NCBI GenBank assembly: GCA_041601615.1
Contig: JBFIHX010000010.1
Location: forward strand, 21,112-85,111
Direction: 5' to 3'
Source: Thermoplasmatota archaeon
GTDB taxonomy: Archaea > Thermoplasmatota > E2 > JACPAO01 > JAHFTW01
Length of the DNA stretch: 64,000 bases
Below, one piece after another: positions 28,971-38,520 of the stretch. The notes beneath the pieces were generated by a model. That model was not told where the DNA came from and searched no databases. It was given only the letters and a program-made list of their open reading frames with translations. Within the stretch, counting starts at the first letter, position 1. Each line of letters begins with the position of its first letter. Made by a program: the position numbers and the translations under genes.

Positions 28971-30644
28971 TTAGGGCTCCGGAGGTACGGATGGGTCGGC
29001 AAGGTGGAGGATAATCGCCAAACCGTGCGGAGTTTGCTCGACGCGAATGTCTCCTCCGGTTCGGTGTACGATTCGGGCGGCGGCCGGCAGCGACAGTCCC
29101 ATGGCATCCGCTCCAAGCGGCTCCAGCAAACTTTCTGGGTGGGCAACGGGGCCGACATTCGGCAAGAGCACCTCTACCTCTCCGGCTTCGGTGCGACGAA
29201 CGCGCAAGAATGCAGCCGGGGGGTCGGTGGCGGCGGCGAACGCCACGAAATGAGCCGTAAGACGGCGCAAGTCGTTCGGCGCTCCGTCCACGGTCAAATC
29301 GTCGGGACATTCGAGATTCATGGCATGGCCATGTCGTTTTTCATGCTCATGGATGGCCTCCTTCAAGAGAGGCCCCAGCCGCATCGTTTCGGCGATTTCT
29401 TGCGGCTCGGAGCTGGCGGTGTCTTTGGTGGCGGCCAGCAGTTCCGTGAGTTTCCAAGCGGACGATTGGGCAACGCGGACCGCTTCTTGGGTCTCGGCGT
29501 TGAGGATGCCGTGGTACCGGTTTTGCAAAATCCATGCACAGCGATCAAAAGCCCACACGGAGTCCTGGGCTTGCTTTTCGAGCGCCTCGTAGATACGGCC
29601 TTCCCGTTCAAGCAGCAAGTGCAGTTCGTTCGATCGCGTCTGCAAGCGGGAGGCAAGGTCCTCGTTGGCTTGCTGAATGTGGGCATTGCTGACTCGTAGG
29701 TCTTCGGTTCTGGAACGCACTGCGCGTTGCAGCGTGGTGGTCCAGGCTCCGGCAGCCACGAGCACCAAGGCGAGGCTGCCCACGACTGCAAGCGAAAGCG
29801 GCGAAAATAGAGGCCCTTTGGGTGTTGCTGCTGCGACGCCGAGATCGTACCCGGACCAGTATTCGAAGATGGCTGATTGTTCCCCGAGTGGGATGCTTTG
29901 GAGCCCTTTGGCGACGATGTTTGCAAGGACCGTGTCGTCTTGGGTTACGGCCCAGTTGGCGGGCGAGTAGTACAGGGGTTCTCCGAGGATGCGAACGTTG
30001 TTGATGCTGCGTTCGCGGATGGTGTAGCCAGCCACGGGCACGTTTTCGAAGAACCCGTCAACGGTGCCGGTGGAGACCGCTTCCAGTCCGGAAAGAATGT
30101 CGGGCACGGGCACTTGCACCATGTCGGGGCGGTTTTCGGCAAGCCAAGTGGCAGCCGCGTAGTCTTGGACGACGGCGATTCGCTTGCCCGAAAGAGCATC
30201 GACAGCAACCAGGTCTGTTCGGCCCACGTTGACGTAGAACACTTCGCCCAGCGACATGTAGGGCCCGATGAAGTCCATGTACGTTTCTCGATCCTCTGTC
30301 TGGGCTAGAGAGCCTAGCATGTGCACTTCGCGTGCCTGCATCGCTTCCAGCACCCGGGTCCAATTGTCGTACAAGACGATCTCGAACTCGATGTCGAGGT
30401 TGCGGCTCATGCGGTTCAAGAAGTCCAAGTTGATGCCTTTGATTTCGCCGTCTTGTACGAACTCAAAGGGCGGGTAATCGGGGTCGGGGGCGTAGCGAAT
30501 CGGGCCGTTGGCGTCGATCCAGGCGCGCTCCGTGGGCGAAAGCGGATCGACGGAATCGATGGCTCCGCTGGCCTGCATGGTTGTCCATGATGTGCAGAGG
30601 GCGAGGGCAGTCAGGCCTATGGCTGCGACGATGCGCCCTCTCAT
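28971..30644 (-). CDS. Solute-binding (PBPb) domain + TM + degenerate histidine-kinase-like domain
   Basis: Signal peptide; LSPTERAWI, DPDYPPFEF (BvgS/EvgS-like PBP); TM then V..RT..L coiled coil; kinase boxes eroded. Confidence 0.8.
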   Translation of the reverse strand: MRGRIVAAIGLTALALCTSWTTMQASGAIDSVDPLSPTERAWIDANGPIRYAPDPDYPPFEFVQDGEIKGINLDFLNRMSRNLDIEFEIVLYDNWTRVLEAMQAREVHMLGSLAQTEDRETYMDFIGPYMSLGEVFYVNVGRTDLVAVDALSGKRIAVVQDYAAATWLAENRPDMVQVPVPDILSGLEAVSTGTVDGFFENVPVAGYTIRERSINNVRILGEPLYYSPANWAVTQDDTVLANIVAKGLQSIPLGEQSAIFEYWSGYDLGVAAATPKGPLFSPLSLAVVGSLALVLVAAGAWTTTLQRAVRSRTEDLRVSNAHIQQANEDLASRLQTRSNELHLLLEREGRIYEALEKQAQDSVWAFDRCAWILQNRYHGILNAETQEAVRVAQSSAWKLTELLAATKDTASSEPQEIAETMRLGPLLKEAIHEHEKRHGHAMNLECPDDLTVDGAPNDLRRLTAHFVAFAAATDPPAAFLRVRRTEAGEVEVLLPNVGPVAHPESLLEPLGADAMGLSLPAAARIVHRTGGDIRVEQTPHGLAIILHLADPSVPPEP

Positions 30645-30665
30645 CAGGGAATCCTCGCTCTTTTG

Positions 30666-31664
30666 CTATTTGAGGATGGGGCTGGGTCCGATTGGGGCGG
30701 TGGTGCTTGGGGCCGGCGAGGCGGCATCTTCGTTCTTTACCAGAGTTGCCGCGCAGCCCGTTTTGCGTTCCATCCAGTCAAGAATGGCGTCGGCAATGGG
30801 CAGTCCGGCCTGCACTTCGTATGGAAGAAATGTCGGTACTGGATTGGATTCCAGGCACCACCATGTGCCGGCGGGGTCGATGCGGAAGTCGATGCCGGCC
30901 AGCACCAGATGCTCGTCCCGGGCTGCTTTATGGCACAGGGCGGCCACGTCGTCGGGGACCTCCACGGGCCGGTAGTGGGCAGTCTCGTGCTCGAATCGGT
31001 AGTCCACGCCCTCGCAGTCGATGGCGCAACCGAACGTCTTGCCGTCTATGACGTGCACGCGTGCGTCCGTCCCCTCGATGCGGCGTTGTAGCAGCACGGG
31101 AACCGTCGTTCCGTCAAGGTCTGCTAGCACTTCGTCGTCCACGATACGCACGTGGCTTCTCATGCCGCTGGCGGACTTCACAACGGCCCCGTGAGGACAA
31201 TTTGCCAGGAAGTCTCGTGCTGCATCGGCATCATTGGTGCACACCCACTCGGGAACGCGCATGCCAAGAGCCGCGAGCCGACCCATTTGGTATGGCTTGC
31301 TGGCGTTGGCGCGGCCGGCCGATAGAGGATTGACGACCGGGAACGCGCCGCACTCCAGGAGCGCTTCCAGGCCGGCGCGGCGTTGGACGAGCCAGAACAG
31401 TTGCCCTTGCGGGTCTAAATCCTCGTCCGTGGGCGGGTCGGGGCGCAGGCGGACGCTGGCGCCGGTCACGTCCGAGAACGGAATCCGGCGACCTTCCACT
31501 TCCAGCCAACCGGCTCCGGGGTCGTCTTCGTCAAAGCCGAAGGACCATCGCGTTCCAAGATCCTCCTCTGCAAGCACAAGGTCTTCCAGGCCGCGCTGCC
31601 GCGCCCGATGGCGCAGGTAGGTGCTTGTGAGGTCCTCGGGGTCACCCACGAATAAGATGGTCAT
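30666..31664 (-). CDS. ATP-grasp ligase (RimK/MvdC-MvdD graspetide synthetase-like)
   Basis: VVNP..ANASKPYQ, VVKSASG, LLQRRIEG, VDYR, AGIDF, LESNP. Confidence 0.85.
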   Translation of the reverse strand: MTILFVGDPEDLTSTYLRHRARQRGLEDLVLAEEDLGTRWSFGFDEDDPGAGWLEVEGRRIPFSDVTGASVRLRPDPPTDEDLDPQGQLFWLVQRRAGLEALLECGAFPVVNPLSAGRANASKPYQMGRLAALGMRVPEWVCTNDADAARDFLANCPHGAVVKSASGMRSHVRIVDDEVLADLDGTTVPVLLQRRIEGTDARVHVIDGKTFGCAIDCEGVDYRFEHETAHYRPVEVPDDVAALCHKAARDEHLVLAGIDFRIDPAGTWWCLESNPVPTFLPYEVQAGLPIADAILDWMERKTGCAATLVKNEDAASPAPSTTAPIGPSPILK

Positions 31665-32337
31665 GGATTACCTTCGCAATACGGTCTAGGTCATCGAAAT
31701 GGTCCGTGTGCAAGTCTAGGATGTGGCCGTGTGTATCCTCTTCGAGGGCTCCGATGCGCACTTCGGGCAGGGCGGCACGCACGGCTTGCGCGTCTTGCAG
31801 TCGGATGGTGCGAGTGCGGCCAGACGGAACGACACGGGTTGCAAGGGCACGTCGTACGGATGCGGGTGGTCCAGCTTGTTCGCCGCCGCCGTGTAGGCGC
31901 CAGGCGCCGGTCCCCGTCGATGCCTTGCCCTTGGCGCTGCCAACGCGAGCGGACGCCATCGGGATTCCGGCGTTTCGAAGCCGTGTACGGTGGACGGAGT
32001 CGCCCCGATACCACGTTTCGGCGTCCGGGGGCCCAATCCAGAGGACGCCCGGAACCTTTGCTCCGAGCCAAAGGGCGTACAACTCGGCGGAGGCGAAGGA
32101 TGCGTCGTCGGGATGGATTGCGCACGCCAGGGGTTCGGGGTTGCGGGCCAACCAGACGATGGCCGCGGCACGCAGATTCCAGAGTTGCAACCCTTGGTCG
32201 TCCAATGTGCAGGGTTCGTCCACCAGCACGCCGGGGGTAACGAGCCGCGCGGCGTGTCCTTGGTCCCGTACCTGATCGACGAGGCGCTGAGACTCAGGTC
32301 GGAGGGCGGGGTCCACGACGAGGAGGCCACCTGGCAT
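31642..32337 (-). CDS. Degenerate/truncated ATP-grasp-like protein
   Basis: PDDASFASAELYALWLG...WIGPP resembles the pre-ATP-grasp segment of MvdD-like enzymes; lacks ExN; overlaps both neighbours. Confidence 0.55.
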   Translation of the reverse strand: MPGGLLVVDPALRPESQRLVDQVRDQGHAARLVTPGVLVDEPCTLDDQGLQLWNLRAAAIVWLARNPEPLACAIHPDDASFASAELYALWLGAKVPGVLWIGPPDAETWYRGDSVHRTRLRNAGIPMASARVGSAKGKASTGTGAWRLHGGGEQAGPPASVRRALATRVVPSGRTRTIRLQDAQAVRAALPEVRIGALEEDTHGHILDLHTDHFDDLDRIAKVIHDHLIRG

Positions 32338-32873
32338 CAGCGGCTCGCGCGACCGCTCAGCTCGGCGGAAACGCGGGCGTCGATGCGGGCGCCAATGTCT
32401 TGGACGACCTTGTCGATGAAGTGTGGGTCGGCGAAGCGCTCACGAATCACGGCGTCCAAGGCGGGTGTCGCGACTTTCACCCATTCCGGGTTGGGTCCGG
32501 GAAACGGCCAGCGCTTGGGCGGATCGGAGCCCTCTGGGTTGGGGTAGGCAGAGGAACCGCCGTGATTGTACCATGGCCGCTGTTCGGGTTGGATGCGGGA
32601 GCCGTCGAAGCTGCCTGGTGGGAGTTCATACTCCACCTTTTTCTTCTCCGTAATGATGTTGATGAAATCCAGCACCGGTGTGTCGCGGTGAAATTCTGGT
32701 TCCACGTGCAGTTCATACTTCTTCTTTTCCGGAGTCACCACATGAGCAAGATTAATTTGCTTCTTGCCTAGGAGTTCAAGAAAATCTGCAGCAGATGTGC
32801 TTGCTAGAGTCGATTCGCCGTCTGAGTCTGCCTTGATTGTGGTTCTCCGGGACGCCGTCATGGGTTGGGGCAT
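32337..32873 (-). CDS. Hypothetical protein, candidate ATP-grasp substrate/precursor
   Basis: First gene of a three-gene operon; GAGGA SD; internal repeat (T.EKKK.(E)YEL) and Pro/Trp-rich segment. Confidence 0.65.
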   Translation of the reverse strand: MPQPMTASRRTTIKADSDGESTLASTSAADFLELLGKKQINLAHVVTPEKKKYELHVEPEFHRDTPVLDFINIITEKKKVEYELPPGSFDGSRIQPEQRPWYNHGGSSAYPNPEGSDPPKRWPFPGPNPEWVKVATPALDAVIRERFADPHFIDKVVQDIGARIDARVSAELSGRASR

Positions 32874-32989
32874 GGAAGTTTCCTCAAGGAAACATCTTCA
32901 TCCCAATCTTACGTCTTTTGGCGACGTGCGGCCGATTGGACCAAAAGTTGAGGCTCTCGGCTCGACTTGGCGCTGTTCGAGCCGGCAGA

Positions 32990-33946
32990 TCAGAGCCGCG
33001 AGAACAGGTCCGCCGCCATCAGGGGCAACAGGACGGTGGCGTCGCCTTCCACCGTTTGCCACGCGGCGTCTTCCTTGACTTTGCCCCAGCTCACGGCTTC
33101 ACGCACGCGAGCCCCGGACAGGCTGCCGTCCCATTCAGGAGCGCTCGTGATGTACACCACGGTGTCGAGGCCGTCGCGGAATTGGCTCCACCAAATGACG
33201 TGGTGTTTGCTGATGCCGCCGCCAATCATGAGGCTGCCCAGTTTGGGGGCCGAGTGGACAAGTTCGTCAAGGTCCTGCTCGTCGCGCAGAAGGTCGAAGC
33301 GGATCTTGCGGTTGTTTTGATAGGTCATCCAGACTTGGGCGCCAACGCTGCCGTCCGTGGGGCCGGGCACGAAGATGGGAATCTCGTTCTTGGCCGCCCA
33401 GTACAGGAGGCTCTCCTCGCAGTTCTCTTCCTCGCCTGCCCATTCGCCGAGTTTTCGGCAGAGGTCCTTGGTGCTCCAGTCGGTTTCTGTCTCGGCCCAT
33501 TCGGCGAGGCGGGGGCGCAGTTTGTGTTCCAAGATCTCACCGTAGCTGCTGTTCGGGACAAGGACATTGCCGAGGCGATTGACTCCATGTTGGTGCAATT
33601 CACGGTCGTCGAGGTCGAAACGGCCCGCAAAGTATGGCTCCCAGAGACGCGCAAGGTCATGGTCGAGGGTGCCGCAGGTGGTGATGATGGCATCCACGAG
33701 TTTGTGCTTCACGAGGTCGCGAAGCACGCCACGGGTGCCGGTGGCCATGATGCAAGCGGGGAAACTCAGGATGACCTTCTGATCCTTATCCACGACCATA
33801 CGGTGCAGCAGGTCGCTTGCGACTGCGAGCTTCTTGGCCGTGAAGCCACCGCCATCCTTCCACATCGCCATCAATTTGTCAATGGTCGGATTGCCCGTGA
33901 CGTCGAGGTCCATAACCTCGGGAAGCTTGTCGTAGTCCATGTCCAT
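32990..33946 (-). CDS. dys: Deoxyhypusine synthase
   Basis: GGFTA, IITTCGTLDHD, GVNRLGNV, DGSVG, GGGISKHH, DGSLSGARVREAVSWGKV, GDATV. Start may be 33979. Confidence 0.95.
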   Translation of the reverse strand: MDMDYDKLPEVMDLDVTGNPTIDKLMAMWKDGGGFTAKKLAVASDLLHRMVVDKDQKVILSFPACIMATGTRGVLRDLVKHKLVDAIITTCGTLDHDLARLWEPYFAGRFDLDDRELHQHGVNRLGNVLVPNSSYGEILEHKLRPRLAEWAETETDWSTKDLCRKLGEWAGEEENCEESLLYWAAKNEIPIFVPGPTDGSVGAQVWMTYQNNRKIRFDLLRDEQDLDELVHSAPKLGSLMIGGGISKHHVIWWSQFRDGLDTVVYITSAPEWDGSLSGARVREAVSWGKVKEDAAWQTVEGDATVLLPLMAADLFSRL

Positions 33947-34204
33947 GGGTGCCGCGAGTCGGGCCACGGTCTTGAGCATGGCGGGGCAGCAGCGGCGCCG
34001 CCAGAACGACTCCGAAAAGGCCCTACGGGATGATTAATGGCGATTGGCCCGCAAAAATCGCCGACAAGGATGAATATAGGAACCATTGCACCCGAGACCT
34101 AGTTCACCATTTGCCTCTGCCCCGTTTGCATCCAACACATCCCTGTACGCGCCACCCCGTGCGGGGTTGGCCGACCCTCTTCGGAGGCGCTCGGAGGACC
34201 AACC

Positions 34205-35950
34205 ATGAAAACCCAACTCTTGGCACTCATGGCAGTTGCACTTCTTGCAAGTGTGACCGCCGCCACCCCCGAAGAGATCGTGACACAACTAGCCGACAAC
34301 GTACTCGGCATCGCGCCTCCAGACCTATCTTTGGTGCTGGACCCCGAACACCCTGACTCCCCGATTGATGAGCCTGGCGCCTACATCATCGGCCTGCACG
34401 CCATGGCTCGCAACGTAAAAGTCGGCGACGAATTCCACGGCGAAGTGATCGTGGGCCTCAACCACGCCATTCGCTTCGTGCTCGTGGACGTGGAAGAGCC
34501 GCAATCCTTTGCCCGAGACGTAGACGCCGACGCCAACGTGCGCTACATCCAGAAGGACACTCTGGACTTCCACGCCTCCTTTACACCCAGCGAAGTCTAC
34601 TACGGCTGCTGCCAATGGGGCATCAAGGACGTCAACGTGGAGACCGCCTGGGATACCACCCTGGGCAGCACGAGCGTCAAACTCGCCATCCTCGACAGTG
34701 GCCTGCGCAAGAGCCACGAAGACATCGGCAACTACCTGCAAGGTTGGGACTTTGTCTTCAACGACAACGACCCCAACGACGCCAACGGACACGGCACGCA
34801 CGTCACCAGCACCGCCGCCGGCCTCACCAACAACGGCCTCGGCGTCGCGGGTGTCGCCCAAGCCCAAATCCTGCCCGTCCGAGTCCTGAACGGCGCCGGC
34901 AGCGGCACCCACAGCCAAATCGCCAACGGCATGACCTACGCCGCCGACCAAGGCGCCAAGATTCTCAGCATGAGCCTCGGCGGCCCAGGCAGTCAGACCA
35001 TCCTGGACGCCGTCAACTATGCCTGGAACAGCGGTGCTCTCATCATCGCCGCCAGCGGTAACGACAACGGCCCAGTCGGCTACCCCGCCGCCTACAGCAA
35101 TGCCATGGCCGTCGGCGCATACGACCAAAACCACAACCGAGCCAGCTTCAGCAACTACGGCAGCCAACTCGAAATCAGCGCCCCCGGCGTGCAAATCGCC
35201 GCCGCCTACAACCGCAACGACGCCGACTACGTCTACCAGGATGGCACCAGCATGGCAACCCCCATCGTCAGTGGCGCCGCAGCGCTCGCCTTGGCCGTCG
35301 ACGGCACCCTCACGAACACCGCACTGCGCAACCTCATCACCAGCACCGCCGTGGACTACGGCAGCGCCGGCTGGGACAGCAGCTTCGGCTACGGTGGCGT
35401 GGACGCAGCGGCCCTCGTTGCGGCAGCAGCAGGTGGCGGCGGTGGCGGAACCCCCACCGTTGTCTACAGCGACGACTTCGAAGGCAGCAGCAGCTTCGTC
35501 ACGAGCGGCGGCGGCAGCGACCTATGGCGCCTTAGCAGCGGCTGCCTCGGTGGCAACCCCACCACCAGCCTCCAATTCAACGAGGCCGTGGACTGCCAAT
35601 ACAGCACCGGAGCCCAGACCACCGGCTGGGCCCGCATCCTGCTGGATCTAAGCGGCGCCACCACCGCCACCGTCACTTTCGACCACAAGTGGACGACGGA
35701 GTCCTACAGCGGCGGTGCCTACGACATCATGCGCGTCCAAGCCAGCGGCGACGGCAGCTCGTGGACCACCCTCGAACAATGGGACAGCCGCGACGCCAAC
35801 CAAGCTTCCTGGACCGGCGCAACGTACAGCCTCGACACATGGGCTGGAGACAGCTCCGCCTACGTGCGCTTCTTCTTCGACAGTGTAGACGGCTCCTACA
35901 ACAACTACGCCGGCTGGGGCATCGACAACTTCGAAGTGACCAAACTATAA
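34205..35950 (+). CDS. Secreted S8 subtilisin-like protease (thermitase/halolysin-like) with C-terminal beta-sandwich domain
   Basis: Signal and propeptide; ILDSG, GHGTHV, GTSMATP; Gly linker; C-terminal GWGIDN domain. Confidence 0.93.
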   Translation: MKTQLLALMAVALLASVTAATPEEIVTQLADNVLGIAPPDLSLVLDPEHPDSPIDEPGAYIIGLHAMARNVKVGDEFHGEVIVGLNHAIRFVLVDVEEPQSFARDVDADANVRYIQKDTLDFHASFTPSEVYYGCCQWGIKDVNVETAWDTTLGSTSVKLAILDSGLRKSHEDIGNYLQGWDFVFNDNDPNDANGHGTHVTSTAAGLTNNGLGVAGVAQAQILPVRVLNGAGSGTHSQIANGMTYAADQGAKILSMSLGGPGSQTILDAVNYAWNSGALIIAASGNDNGPVGYPAAYSNAMAVGAYDQNHNRASFSNYGSQLEISAPGVQIAAAYNRNDADYVYQDGTSMATPIVSGAAALALAVDGTLTNTALRNLITSTAVDYGSAGWDSSFGYGGVDAAALVAAAAGGGGGGTPTVVYSDDFEGSSSFVTSGGGSDLWRLSSGCLGGNPTTSLQFNEAVDCQYSTGAQTTGWARILLDLSGATTATVTFDHKWTTESYSGGAYDIMRVQASGDGSSWTTLEQWDSRDANQASWTGATYSLDTWAGDSSAYVRFFFDSVDGSYNNYAGWGIDNFEVTKL

Positions 35951-36185
35951 GCCCTGCTTCGAACGTCCCTCCTCCCTTTTTCCCCCCTCTCTGCCCATAG
36001 TGTGATTGCGGGCAGAGGCTCGAAGAATCGAGTGAAAACGGCGAGCCAGCCCACACTCGACCTACCCTGGGGAGCCTAAAGCCATCACACATTCGGGGCG
36101 CCAAAATCACCCCAGAAATCGAAGGGGATTCGTTCAATGATTGGAGAAAATGGAGGAGACGCTGTCGATCAGCGAAGAAGTCGAT

Positions 36186-36404
36186 TTACGGGCCGAGGCA
36201 TTCAGGATGAAGTTCGTAGACCTCAGGGTAGACTTCCACGAGCACGCTGCAGTGCCAGAGGCAACTCGTGGAGAACGTCACGCTGCTTGGCGGCACACCG
36301 GGCCCATACGTAGGCATGAAGGTACAGGGCGCTTCGGAAGCATCCGCGGATGCAAACGGGACGACGCTCACAAGGAGCAGGGCTGCGACGAAAAAAATGC
36401 GCAT
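36186..36404 (-). CDS. Small secreted Cys-rich protein
   Basis: Signal peptide MRIFFVAALLLVSVVPFASA; four Cys in ~52-aa mature part. Confidence 0.6.
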   Translation of the reverse strand: MRIFFVAALLLVSVVPFASADASEAPCTFMPTYGPGVPPSSVTFSTSCLWHCSVLVEVYPEVYELHPECLGP

Positions 36405-36503
36405 GCGCCCGCAATTGAACCGAACTACAGGAACTTGACTCGGGATGAATGCGCAATGGGCCCAAAATCTGCTTGCACGCCCTCCGTGGCTCCTCGACCG
36501 CGC

Positions 36504-38054
36504 CTAGACCAAGCGAACCCGGTGTGCTTCCTTGATTGCCGGTAATGACCGAAGCCCATCCCGGGCCTCCTTGGGCACTCCGCCATCCACGCGAATCACC
36601 GCCACCGCAGCGCCCGTTCCATCCCGAGCAAGGCTCAAGTCGGCCACGTTCACGCCTGCGTCCGCCAAAATGCGCGTGATGCCCGCAAGCACACCAGGAA
36701 CGTCGTCGTGGCGCGTAAACAAGAACCGCCCCTCGGGACGGAAATCCACGTCAAAGCCATCGATGCGCGTCACCCGCGCACCGTAGTGCGGCGTGTAGGT
36801 GCCCTCAAGGCGGATGCTGTGGCCGTTGCTTCGAAGCTCCACGCCAACGTACTCCGTGTCCGATATTCCCTTGCTCGCCACAGTCCAACCCTTCTCCGTC
36901 GCCATGCCCGGCGCATTGATGGCATTCACCGGCTCATCCGTGCCGGCTCGAAGTGCACCCACCAGTGCATGCACACGAAGCGCTTCAGCGTCAAGATCAG
37001 GGCCGCTGATGACCACCACTTCCTCCAGGGCGCCCGCCAAAGCCTGCGCTCCGAATCCAGACAAAGACTCTGCGAGTCCAACCCAGTGGCGCATCGCTTC
37101 AGGCACCCGAACCTGCGCGTTCACCGCGCTGCCGGCGTCGCCAGAATCCAAGAAATCACAGACACGCTCCACCGCCTGCACCGCCGCCTTCACCTGCGCC
37201 TCGTGGGTGCTGGCGCCAAGATGTGGGGCCGCGACCACCCGTGGGTGTTTGGCCAGTGCCCACTCCGTCGGCGGCTCAGAAGCCCACACATCGATGCCGG
37301 CGGCAGCCACAAGTCCCTCCTCCAGCGCCACCAGAAGCGCAGATTCATCGATGAGCCCGCCGCGAGCAGCGTTTACGATGATTGCCGACTTCTTCATCAA
37401 AGCCAACCGCCGCCCATCCAGCATGTCGCGGGTCTCCGGCGTCAACGGCGTGTGGAATGTTACGAAATCTGCACGAGCAAAACCGTCGTCCAAGCTCACG
37501 GCCTCCACGCCGAAGCTCTTGGCAGCCTCCGGAGTCACGAACGGATCAAAACCAATCGTCACCATCTCGAATGCCTGCGCCCGCTTGGCCATCATGCGAC
37601 CAATGCGCCCAAGGCCTACGATGAACACAGTCTTGCCAGCAAGCTCCACACCCTTCAAGCGCTTGCGCGCCCAGTCGCCTTGTTTCATCGCCGCGTCCGC
37701 TTCCGGCACGCGCCTTGCAACCGCGAGCATCAGGGCCCACGCCTGCTCCGCGGCACTCGTAATGTTACCCGTGGGACTGTTGAATACAGCAACGCCCGCG
37801 CCCGTGGCCGCCGCAAGGTCCACGTTGTCCACGCCAACACCCGCGCGACCCACGGCGCGAAGCAGCGGCGCGGATGCAAATTCGTCCGGCCCAAGCCGGG
37901 TGCCGCTGCGGATGATCCACGCCTCGGCCTCCGCGACCGCCGCCGCACGCGCATCGCCTTCGAGTCCCGTGATGTCGACCGGATCGTGGCCGCGAGCACG
38001 CAGGAGGTCGGATCCTTCTTGAGCAAGGGGGTCGGAGATTACGACGCGGGCCAT
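36504..38054 (-). CDS. serA: D-3-phosphoglycerate dehydrogenase
   Basis: GRAGVGVDNVD, GLGRIG, NAARGG, PHLGASTHEAQ; C-terminal ACT (DVPGV). Confidence 0.95.
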   Translation of the reverse strand: MARVVISDPLAQEGSDLLRARGHDPVDITGLEGDARAAAVAEAEAWIIRSGTRLGPDEFASAPLLRAVGRAGVGVDNVDLAAATGAGVAVFNSPTGNITSAAEQAWALMLAVARRVPEADAAMKQGDWARKRLKGVELAGKTVFIVGLGRIGRMMAKRAQAFEMVTIGFDPFVTPEAAKSFGVEAVSLDDGFARADFVTFHTPLTPETRDMLDGRRLALMKKSAIIVNAARGGLIDESALLVALEEGLVAAAGIDVWASEPPTEWALAKHPRVVAAPHLGASTHEAQVKAAVQAVERVCDFLDSGDAGSAVNAQVRVPEAMRHWVGLAESLSGFGAQALAGALEEVVVISGPDLDAEALRVHALVGALRAGTDEPVNAINAPGMATEKGWTVASKGISDTEYVGVELRSNGHSIRLEGTYTPHYGARVTRIDGFDVDFRPEGRFLFTRHDDVPGVLAGITRILADAGVNVADLSLARDGTGAAVAVIRVDGGVPKEARDGLRSLPAIKEAHRVRLV

Positions 38055-38178
38055 GGACGACCCAAGGAGCCCGGCGCGGTACTTCAGGGGTCCTTTTGCG
38101 CCGGCGGGCCGCGATGGGAACTAGAGATTTTCGATACATCATAGAACTCCTAATGCCCCAATCAGAGGTTCCTCGAGT

Positions 38179-38424
38179 ATGAGGAACATTCCCCTCGTAC
38201 TCGTCAGCCTGCTCCTGCTCGCCCCGGCCGTAAGCGCCGACCACAGCGTTTACGGCAATTACATCCAGTGTGGCAGCGGCGACCACAGCCAGCCCGGCCT
38301 GCTAGGAACCGCCATGACCCTCTTCTGGAACACCTACCTCGGCGGCTGTGCCGCTGTAGAGTACACGCTCGAGGATACCGGCACGTTCATCGATGCCGTC
38401 TGCGACTTCGTAGGCGCCTGCTGA
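38179..38424 (+). CDS. Small secreted Cys-rich protein
   Basis: Signal peptide ending AVSA; four Cys including the C-terminal residue; host-like codon usage. Confidence 0.7.
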   Translation: MRNIPLVLVSLLLLAPAVSADHSVYGNYIQCGSGDHSQPGLLGTAMTLFWNTYLGGCAAVEYTLEDTGTFIDAVCDFVGAC

Positions 38425-38520
38425 GCCGCCGGCACCTGCCAGATTCCTACTCCTTTCTTCTTCGTCTTGCGCCGAAATTGGACGCACAAGAACTAACACC
38501 CAGCCCGACAAGCACTCCCC

